Below are positions 8,390 through 15,791 of a stretch of 32,000 nucleotides of DNA, in pieces. The stretch is from Candidatus Methanophagaceae archaeon GoMg2 (GTDB lineage: Archaea > Halobacteriota > Syntropharchaeia > Alkanophagales > Methanospirareceae). Each line of letters starts with the position of its first letter. Position 1 is the first letter of the stretch. The stretch is from the NCBI GenBank assembly GCA_013180585.1, contig QBUM01000250.1, forward strand, positions 1 through 32,000. The letters run 5' to 3'. Made by a program: the position numbers and the translations under genes. The notes beneath the pieces are model-generated. The model was not told the DNA's origin and made no database searches. It saw nothing but the letters and a program-made list of their open reading frames with translations.

Positions 8390-10345
8390 ATGGAGACGGG
8401 GGAAATTTTTATAGTTTTAGCTTGCTTCTTACTGCTATCCGATTTTATTCTGTTGTTAATGGCAAAGCAAGAAGGGAGTAAGAAACGTGACCTCGCTTTT
8501 ATCGCTTCTGCCATCGCTTGCGTGCTGATAGTAGCCTCTTACTTCCGGCTCACAATGGCGTTCGTGAATGATAATTTTTGGATAAGTGAAGTTTACACGT
8601 ACAGTTCATCGGGCTTGTCGCTCATGTATAAGGTGGGCGACCCCTGGATAGGGAGTAGCGGGTCAATGCTCTTTATAATTTTCGTCTTTGCACTTGTATA
8701 TTTTACGTATCGGTTTAAAGGATTGGGAAAAGAGAGCGAGTTCCGTACAACTACCTACAAAATATTGGACGTCTTCCTCATCTTCCTCCTTCTCGTCACC
8801 CTTCTGAAGAGCCCTTTTGAACTTCTACCCGTGAATCCCCCGGATGGGGGGGGTCTAAATCCGTTGCTACAAACGTTATGGGTGCTTATTCATCCGCCTG
8901 TGGTCTTTTTGGGCTACGTATTTGTCTTCTTCGCATTCGCGCTGACGCTGGCGGGGATGATAACAAGGGAAAGCGAAAGGCAAGAAGTAAGAGCGACCTT
9001 AAAACGTTTCTTGTACACGGCATGGCTGTTCTTAGCACTTGGAATTGCGCTTGGTGGTTGGTGGTCTTATGAAGTACTGGGTTGGGGTGGATACTGGGCT
9101 TGGGACCCGGTGGAGACGGCGTCCTTACTTCCCTGGCTTGCTCTCACCGCGTACTTTCACCTGCCGGTAAGAAGCAAAGATTTGGCGAAGGAATTCACGC
9201 TCATGATTACGTTTTTCATGATTATCTTCGCCTCCGCTCTGACGCGAGGGGGGCTATTGGAATCGGTTCATGCGTTTGGGGAATCCCCAGTCGGGCCAGC
9301 ACTTATGTTATTCGCTTTTGGCGTCTTTTTATACTTCGTATATCTTGCGAAAAAAGCGAAAAAACCGCTTTATGCTTTTGAGATTGATTCTTCTTCACTT
9401 CACTCTGTCTCTATCTTTGTCGCTTACTGGTCGCTGATGATTCTGTTAATCATATGCTTTTTGGGCGATGCCGTGCCGATAATCGGTGGCTTTTTCCGCG
9501 ATGCGTCCATGACCACAAGCGCAGAATTTTATAACCGGTGGTGCTTCCCCTTTACACTCGCATTCGTAGCTGCGTTAATGGGCTGCAATCTCGGTCTGAA
9601 GCTGAAGAATTTTGCCTGGCTAATCACAGTGATATTGGGCATTGGAGTTGTGTTAGCACTGCTTGGACTACCCACGCCAAATCCACTTGCAAACTTCGGG
9701 CTCCCGCTCCTACTCACGGCGGGGTTTGCTATCGCGCATAGTTTTGTGCGTTCATTACAAAAGAAACAGCAATCATCACACGTGTTGGGCAAAACCCTCG
9801 TGCATCTCTCCGTCATAATTATCTTAATAGGCGTATTTATCAGCGCCACCGCGGAAACGGACAGTGGCAACATTCTCGCAAAACCCAACTCTGTTATTGA
9901 TACGCAGGGCGTGAAGATAGAATTAAATGATTTCGCAGTACACCCTGGTATAGGTAGCGTTTACCCCAGGACAGGGCATTTATTCACAGTCCCGGAATAT
10001 TCCGCTCTGAAAATGGACGCTACTATAGAGGATGGCGGGCGTGTCCATAATGAAATCCTGGAGCTGTACTACTATGCAAACTGGGGTGTGGTGTCCGAGC
10101 CTTTGATTATTACCTCTCTGTCCGGCGACATATACGTGTTCATGCAACATACAAACTCCAGTTATAGTTCCTTACGTTACGCCCTTATGGGCGGGATAGT
10201 TCAGCCAGAAGATTTTATCATCAATGTGAAGCGGGTCCCCCTGATATGGCTTGTTTGGCTGGGGATAATATTACAGGGATTGGGTATGACTATATTACTA
10301 TACGGTGAACTCAGGAAAACAGGAGCGAACTACAGCAAAAAATAA
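8390..10345 (+). CDS. ccmF: Cytochrome c maturation haem lyase CcmF
   Basis: 651 aa and polytopic. ALGGWWSYEVLGWGGYWAWDPVETASLLPWL is the CcmF-type WWD haem-handling motif. Confidence 0.85.
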   Translation: METGEIFIVLACFLLLSDFILLLMAKQEGSKKRDLAFIASAIACVLIVASYFRLTMAFVNDNFWISEVYTYSSSGLSLMYKVGDPWIGSSGSMLFIIFVFALVYFTYRFKGLGKESEFRTTTYKILDVFLIFLLLVTLLKSPFELLPVNPPDGGGLNPLLQTLWVLIHPPVVFLGYVFVFFAFALTLAGMITRESERQEVRATLKRFLYTAWLFLALGIALGGWWSYEVLGWGGYWAWDPVETASLLPWLALTAYFHLPVRSKDLAKEFTLMITFFMIIFASALTRGGLLESVHAFGESPVGPALMLFAFGVFLYFVYLAKKAKKPLYAFEIDSSSLHSVSIFVAYWSLMILLIICFLGDAVPIIGGFFRDASMTTSAEFYNRWCFPFTLAFVAALMGCNLGLKLKNFAWLITVILGIGVVLALLGLPTPNPLANFGLPLLLTAGFAIAHSFVRSLQKKQQSSHVLGKTLVHLSVIIILIGVFISATAETDSGNILAKPNSVIDTQGVKIELNDFAVHPGIGSVYPRTGHLFTVPEYSALKMDATIEDGGRVHNEILELYYYANWGVVSEPLIITSLSGDIYVFMQHTNSSYSSLRYALMGGIVQPEDFIINVKRVPLIWLVWLGIILQGLGMTILLYGELRKTGANYSKK

Positions 10346-10372
10346 ATAAAAACCGGAGAATTGGTTTATTGA

Positions 10373-11017
10373 TTAATGTGTTTTCTCCGGCGGATGGCAG
10401 ACATCACAGGTTTCTTCTTTATTAACGTTTACATCGTGGTCGTTGTGACAGGCAACACATTCATAACCCTCATAACTCGGACTCTCGTAGCCTTTGTACT
10501 CCCCAACCGGGTGCTCGGTGTGCAGAATTAGAGGCACATTCTCTCTAATCCCATCGTGGCACTCAACACACGAAATATCAGTACCTGTAATCACTTCCGG
10601 CATCTCAACATTGCGTTCCTCATGGCATTCCATACACCATTCGCTCTTTGGTGATGCAGGCGGTTTCTCTTCTATGTGATGTGCATGCTCCTCGAGTGCT
10701 TCGTTCATGCTCTTTCCTTCCATCATCCCTCCAGCTATCGCTTCAGCATGATGCGTGGCATGACCCATATACATGAACATTTCATCGACTATTTCTTCGT
10801 GCGAGTGATGGCAATCGTGACAATCTACGCCCTTATGCGCGGACACTTCCAAAGAGTCGTAAAAGGGCTGCATTTCATGACAGTTCGAAGCACAACTCTC
10901 TGGCTTCTCCATCTCATGCATCATTATAGGCATCATAATTGCCGCGCCACCGATAACTCCAACGGTAACCAGTACGACCAGCGCAATAATCACCTTCTCA
11001 CCTGTTTCCATACTCAA
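10373..11017 (-). CDS. Membrane-anchored hexahaem cytochrome, NapC/NirT/NrfH-like at the N-terminus
   Basis: An N-terminal TM (VIIALVVLVTVGVIGGAAIMM) is followed by CASNCHEMQPFYDSLEVSAHKGVDCHDCHH (NapC/NrfH pattern CxxCHEM...H...CxDCH). Further motifs are CMECH, CVECH, CVACH and CDVCH. SD aggagg lies upstream. Confidence 0.8.
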   Translation of the reverse strand: MSMETGEKVIIALVVLVTVGVIGGAAIMMPIMMHEMEKPESCASNCHEMQPFYDSLEVSAHKGVDCHDCHHSHEEIVDEMFMYMGHATHHAEAIAGGMMEGKSMNEALEEHAHHIEEKPPASPKSEWCMECHEERNVEMPEVITGTDISCVECHDGIRENVPLILHTEHPVGEYKGYESPSYEGYECVACHNDHDVNVNKEETCDVCHPPEKTH

Positions 11018-11181
11018 ACCTCCTAATCACATTTCTGATTTCCATTTTTATATACTCCAAGAATTTACTCACTTTTAAGCAGGCGATGATATATAAACTT
11101 TTCTATTTTTTCGCATCACGGTAAAAATTAGAAAGTTTTATATAGAGGAAAAAGTCCTTTATGATGTGGTGATTAGTAGAA

Positions 11182-11727
11182 ATGGAAATGTTAAGTAGAA
11201 TACGTGGTTTCTCCTTTAACCCGTCAAGAGAATTTGAGGCAGCGAGGGAAGAGACTATAAGTGATGCTTTTAAGTATTTCGTACCGCTTCTGGCGTTTCT
11301 TGCGGCAATTTTTGCAATCGCGGTGACTGGGATAGTGCTAATGCTTGGAATACCGGATATTAGTGGATTTGCACCACTGCTCGGAGCGGGTGCTTTTGTG
11401 GGCATAATCGTTGTCGGGATATTCGCCGCTATGTATATCAGCGTATGGCTTCATATCTGGGTCTATTTGTTTGGCGGCAGGAAAGGGTTTAAGCAGACAG
11501 TAAAAGCGATTACGTATGGCTCAACGCCGTGCTTACTATTGGGCTGGCTACCAGGACCAAACATCATTCTCGCACCGATATGGTCACTGCTGTTAGTGAT
11601 TAATGGTATAATTGAGCTTCACGAGATGTCGCCAGGAGTGGCAATTCTTTCGGTTGTATTTGCGATTCTTGCTCCGTTTGTTATAGCAGGAGTAGCGGTT
11701 GCCGCTATTGCACTAGTAATGCTCTGA
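11182..11727 (+). CDS. Yip1-like polytopic membrane protein
   Basis: An N-terminal soluble stretch (SFNPSREFEAAREETISDAFKYF) is followed by ~5 TM segments. The family assignment comes from remembered architecture only. Confidence 0.45.
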   Translation: MEMLSRIRGFSFNPSREFEAAREETISDAFKYFVPLLAFLAAIFAIAVTGIVLMLGIPDISGFAPLLGAGAFVGIIVVGIFAAMYISVWLHIWVYLFGGRKGFKQTVKAITYGSTPCLLLGWLPGPNIILAPIWSLLLVINGIIELHEMSPGVAILSVVFAILAPFVIAGVAVAAIALVML

Positions 11728-12017
11728 TTTAAAACCTTTATTGCACAATAGAGGGAGAAGAGGGAAGCATCTATGATATAGTTTCTTTGGCGCACAGAAA
11801 AGAAAAATCTTCTTAAACCTCACTGCAGTTGGAGATATAGCAGAAAAGGTGCAACGGGAAGACGCGGATAGATGAAACGTCTTCTATCGGGTCCTTTACC
11901 GCTCATACACTTCGCTACATAATATAAAGATTGCGCATGCCACTATTCATAGATTGCTCTACCTACTTTTGGGATGAAGCAGGCAAGCGTAATTGTTGAT
12001 ATTCGTGCAACCTATTG

Positions 12018-12178
12018 TTGTATTTGTATAGCAGGGGTAAAACCACGAGATTCCACGAGATTAGCACAAGATTTTTGGGGTTAACATGGGATAAAAAAAA
12101 CAATAATGGACTTAAGCAGGATCCCAAGTATTATCTTCTCGTGGAAATCTGTGTAATCTGTGGTTAGCTAAACAAATA
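12018..12178 (+). mobile_element. Family-A MITE-like element, alpha subtype (A1)
   Basis: ttgtatttgtatagcaggggtaaaaccacgagattccacgagattagcacaaga ... tcttctcgtggaaatctgtgtaatctgtggttagctaaacaaat. Near-identical copy at 17576-17736. Confidence 0.65.
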
Positions 12179-12542
12179 CCTACTGTTTTTTCACGGGAGG
12201 TTATATGGGCCTTTTCATACCCTTCTCGGCGCAACAACATTATCATTAGCGGTCATTATTGCAATTTATATACTTCGTAACCCGCTTGAACCAATCTCAA
12301 ACGGTTTTAAAATTGAACAGGATTACTCTTTACAATCAATTGTTATTGGAGCAGCATTTGGAGTCGGGATACATATTATACTTAATGCCTTTTTATATCC
12401 AGAAATGTCTCCGCTTTGGCCCGCTCCGGGAAATCCTTTGGTTGGGACCTTCGGCACTAAAGACGTATACGGTTTTTATATCGTGGGATTTGTGATTGGC
12501 GGGGTGATTTATGTTTATAACAGCTATAAAAACCATGCGTAA
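12169..12542 (+). pseudogene. 5'-truncated membrane-bound metal-dependent hydrolase-like ORF (DUF457/YdjM-like) reading out of repeat A1
   Basis: A start-less frame encodes ..HGRLYGPFHTLLGATTLSLAVIIAIY...GAAFGVGIHIILNAFLYPEMSPLWP...FYIVGFVIGGVIYVYNSYKNHA*. My hand reading around 12259-12301 differs by one base from the supplied ORF track, so the frame and edges are uncertain. Confidence 0.35.
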
Positions 12543-13284
12543 AATGAAAGAAAAAGGAGCAATTGTGACAATCCCCATAAAAGGGCTGATAACATCAGAG
12601 GAATCCGCTTTCGGGTTCATGTCAGCATCTACTGAAGTAATAAGAGCGATAGATGAAGCGGAGAAGAAAAAGAAGATAAAAGCGGTGATATTCGAGATAA
12701 ATTCCACCGGTGGTACGCCTTTTGCATCCAGGGAGATAGCAACTCGAATAGAAAATATGGATAAGCCCACCGTAGCCTGGGTGAGAGAACATGCAGCTTC
12801 GGGTGCTTATTGGGTTGCAAGCGCATGCGATGAGATTGTAGCTGATGAGCTGAGCACGGTAGGCAGCATAGGGGTGATGAGCATAAGACCAGACATCGGA
12901 GAGTTGATGAAGAAGTTTGGCATAGACATTGAGACGCTAAAGACGGGCGTCTATAAGGGCTTGGGACTACCGTATGAGAAGCCGACAGAGGTGGAGAGGG
13001 AGTTGATGAAGAAAGAATTGGCTGAGATTCAGGATTATTTCTTGAATGCTGTAGCGAAGAACAGAAGATTAGAAGATGCGAAAGTGCAGGAATTAGCCAC
13101 TGGTAAGGTGTATTTAGGACGCGAAGCAAAACAGATGGGTTTGGTTGATCATTTAGGTGGGAAGGAACTGGCAATACGCATAGCGAAGGAACGAAGCGGG
13201 ATAAAAAAGGAGAAGATAATAGATTATGGTGAGAGGAAGAGAAAAGGATTTTTGAGAAGAGTGATGGAAGAGATGATGCGGTGA
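12511..13284 (+). CDS. sppA: Signal peptide peptidase SppA (36K type)
   Basis: IKAVIFEINSTGGT, HAASGAYWVASACDEIVADELSTVGSIGV and KVYLGREAKQMGLVDHLGG match the ClpP/SppA S49 pattern. Confidence 0.8.
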   Translation: MFITAIKTMRKMKEKGAIVTIPIKGLITSEESAFGFMSASTEVIRAIDEAEKKKKIKAVIFEINSTGGTPFASREIATRIENMDKPTVAWVREHAASGAYWVASACDEIVADELSTVGSIGVMSIRPDIGELMKKFGIDIETLKTGVYKGLGLPYEKPTEVERELMKKELAEIQDYFLNAVAKNRRLEDAKVQELATGKVYLGREAKQMGLVDHLGGKELAIRIAKERSGIKKEKIIDYGERKRKGFLRRVMEEMMR

Positions 13285-13288
13285 AACT

Positions 13289-14215
13289 CTACACCCGCTC
13301 CAACCATCTCATATATCGCTCTTCTTTCGCATTCACGATGTCAAAGAACTTCCTTTGTATCGCACCTGTCACTTCGCCCCTCTTGCCTATCCCTATTATT
13401 ACATTGTCTATCTCTCGTATCGGCGACACTTCTGCTGCGGTGCCCGTGAAAAAAACTTCATCGGCTGATAATAACTCCTCCTTCTTTATGCTTTTCTCTA
13501 CCACTTCATACCCCATATCACGTGCGAGCTCGATTACGGACGCCCTGGTGATGCCAGGAAGAATAGAAGATTCTATCGCAGGTGTGTATAGAGTTGCGTT
13601 TTTTACTGCGAATATATTCTCGCCCGGACCTTCCGCTACGTAGCCTTTATTGTCGAGCAATATCGCCTCGTCAACTCCCTGTTCCTTAGCTTCATGTACT
13701 GCTAACATCGAATTCAGATAATGCCCCGTAGCTTTTGCCGTGACGGGCAATGTATTGGGGTCTATCCTTCGCCATGATGAGAATGCACATCTTATACCGT
13801 TCTCCAACGCATCATCGCCAAGATAAGCGCCCCAACGCCATGCTGCAACTGCACAATCCACAGGACAGCCCGCAGGGTTCACGCCTAAATGATGGAACCC
13901 ATAGAAAGCGATTGGCCTTATGTAGCACGCATCAAGTCCGTTTATACGAACCGTCCCTTTTATAGCTTCTGTCAGCTCTTCCTTCGAGTAAGGGATTTCC
14001 ATCTTGTACAACTCCGCTGACCGATACATCCTATCCACATGTTCCTTCAGCCGGAAGATAAACGAACCTTTGGCCGTGGCATAGCATCTTATCCCCTCAA
14101 AAACACCCGACCCGTAATGCAAACCATGCGCGAGCACGTGTACTGTGGCTTCTTCCCAATCCACAAATTTGCCGTTATACCATATTTTTCCCGATTCTGG
14201 TAGTCGCTCCACCAT
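13289..14215 (-). CDS. ilvE: Branched-chain amino acid aminotransferase
   Basis: MVERLPESGKIWYNGKFVDWEEATVHVLAHGLHYGSGVFEGIRCY...EGPGENIF...TPAIESSILPGITR. The track ORF extends to a TTG at 14236; the ATG at 14215 is preferred. Confidence 0.85.
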   Translation of the reverse strand: MVERLPESGKIWYNGKFVDWEEATVHVLAHGLHYGSGVFEGIRCYATAKGSFIFRLKEHVDRMYRSAELYKMEIPYSKEELTEAIKGTVRINGLDACYIRPIAFYGFHHLGVNPAGCPVDCAVAAWRWGAYLGDDALENGIRCAFSSWRRIDPNTLPVTAKATGHYLNSMLAVHEAKEQGVDEAILLDNKGYVAEGPGENIFAVKNATLYTPAIESSILPGITRASVIELARDMGYEVVEKSIKKEELLSADEVFFTGTAAEVSPIREIDNVIIGIGKRGEVTGAIQRKFFDIVNAKEERYMRWLERV

Positions 14216-14263
14216 TTTTATCGCCTCTGAAAGCAATGTCTTAATAAATTCTACATGTTTCTA

Positions 14264-14275
14264 TTTAAAAATATA
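14264..14275. promoter_or_regulatory. AT-rich TATA-like box in the ilvE / DUF357 divergent intergenic region
   Basis: tttaaaaatata is centred ~25 nt upstream of the ATG at 14295, implying a leaderless or very short leader. It is near-palindromic, so it could serve both directions. Confidence 0.35.
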
Positions 14276-14294
14276 GGTCTTTCCAACCCACGAA

Positions 14295-14525
14295 ATGAAC
14301 GAAGCGGAACGGATAAAAAAGGACATTGCTCTTTTCGATAAGAGCATAACAGAACTGAGCGCTTTATCGCTCGAAGGCAAGGAGGAAGAAGTGGTAGAAC
14401 TTGCCAAGGGATACTTTGAGGATACGAAATATTATCTTGATAAGGGCGATTACTTCACGGCCTTTGGTTGTATAAACTATGCTCACGGGTTATTAGATGC
14501 GATAAGACGCAATAAAGAAGAATAG
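14295..14525 (+). CDS. DUF357-family small archaeal protein
   Basis: 76 aa. [33 protein letters not shown] matches the remembered DUF357 pattern (Y..D..Y.l..GD...A....YA.G.LDA). Confidence 0.55.
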   Translation: MNEAERIKKDIALFDKSITELSALSLEGKEEEVVELAKGYFEDTKYYLDKGDYFTAFGCINYAHGLLDAIRRNKEE

Positions 14526-14539
14526 GTGACTGCCCTCTT

Positions 14540-15094
14540 CTATTTTTTCCCTACGCTGCGGAATGAGACAGCTATTACAAACCATATAATAAACGGCACC
14601 GCTATGCCTACAATCCCTATTGAAGCATAAACCATCGCTGCAAACTTTGAATGGTCTATATACATAGGAAAGCGTACCAGAATATCTGTGACATGCAGAA
14701 GAAATAGAATCGGGACGCCTATTGCAAGTATTTCAAGTCTCTTCTTCAGTATCAGCTTCGGCGTTGCTATCGCCAATGCGAACAACGGAACTAAATTAAA
14801 ATTCACAAGATAAGCTTTTCCTAAGTTAAGAGCAGCGATTTGCTCTTTTGTATAACCCATAAGAAGTGGAAAAGGTTTTGAAAACGCAAAGACCGCACTT
14901 TGATAAAATTCACCAAGGTAAAACTTCCACCATACAATTAGAAGCGCCGCGGCGACAACCAGGAACTCCAGCAAGAAGATCAAAATTTGATTCTTAGTTA
15001 AATTTAAAATATCGCATTTACCATTTGCCGGCGGCTTTTCATCTGCTTTCACTTCTTTCTTTCCCCCAGTTCCCCTGCGCTTATCCTTCGCCAT
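14540..15094 (-). CDS. Cys-less paralogue of the adjacent archaeosortase-like protein
   Basis: Overlaps the upstream gene by 14 nt. It has the same basic N-tail and TM layout, and AIATPKLILKKRLEILAIGVPILFLLHVTDILVRF aligns to the paralogue core. NLV occupies the position of ECT. Confidence 0.55.
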   Translation of the reverse strand: MAKDKRRGTGGKKEVKADEKPPANGKCDILNLTKNQILIFLLEFLVVAAALLIVWWKFYLGEFYQSAVFAFSKPFPLLMGYTKEQIAALNLGKAYLVNFNLVPLFALAIATPKLILKKRLEILAIGVPILFLLHVTDILVRFPMYIDHSKFAAMVYASIGIVGIAVPFIIWFVIAVSFRSVGKK

Positions 15095-15701
15095 CTGCCA
15101 CCACCACCTTCAGCCATATCAGAAAGAGCACTACCACGAATATGATAAAAGAAGCCTGCCACAGATACACGTGCATAAACTCAAACATCTCGGGATTGTG
15201 CATGCCAACAAGAGCCAGTACGAAAATACGAAGGAGGTTTATTGCATAGAGGCTGGGTACGCCGAAGAGGATACCCAGACCTTTCTGCTTTGGCGTTGCG
15301 GGATATGCTAATACACAGGAGCTATACACGATGGACGAGAAAACTGCGGTACATTCGTCTATTATCTCCATCGAGAAGCCATTGATTGTTAACACGTCGC
15401 CCCTCACAACTACGTCCAGCCCCACCAAAGAGAAGATAGCACCTAAAATTAATGCGGTGACGTGCCTCACATGCACCATTATCCCCGAGCCGCTAACTGT
15501 TATAGCGTAATAAACCATATAAAACGCGAAACAAAAAGCTAAGAAAAGAGCCACGTACTTTATTGCCTCCCCGTTCTCTTTTACTATTTCCAATATGGGG
15601 GTTAATATACCTTTTTTAGCAGGGGTTTTATCGTTAACGCTATGCGCCACATTCTTCTTGCTCTGCGTTCTTCCTCCTTTCCCCTTTTTTCGGGCCGTCA
15701 T
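15081..15701 (-). CDS. Small archaeosortase/exosortase-family protein
   Basis: 206 aa and polytopic. It carries the ordered Cys (MEIIDECTAVFSS), Arg (YAINLLRIFVLAL) and His (FEFMHVYLW) signature and sits directly downstream of a protein with a tripartite C-terminal sorting tail. Confidence 0.6.
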   Translation of the reverse strand: MTARKKGKGGRTQSKKNVAHSVNDKTPAKKGILTPILEIVKENGEAIKYVALFLAFCFAFYMVYYAITVSGSGIMVHVRHVTALILGAIFSLVGLDVVVRGDVLTINGFSMEIIDECTAVFSSIVYSSCVLAYPATPKQKGLGILFGVPSLYAINLLRIFVLALVGMHNPEMFEFMHVYLWQASFIIFVVVLFLIWLKVVVADGEG

Positions 15702-15791
15702 AAATGCAAAGAAAGAGAGAGAGTTGAAAAACGTTTAACTATTCCAACTTATTTTACAGTGCGAGAATAAAAACAAAAAGGGAAGACGGCC

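Noticed and set aside
12259-12495. 78-aa track ORF MQFIYFVTRLNQ...
   Set aside because: It has low-complexity, unprotein-like sequence out of frame with the hydrolase-like reading frame that covers the same DNA. It is probably spurious.
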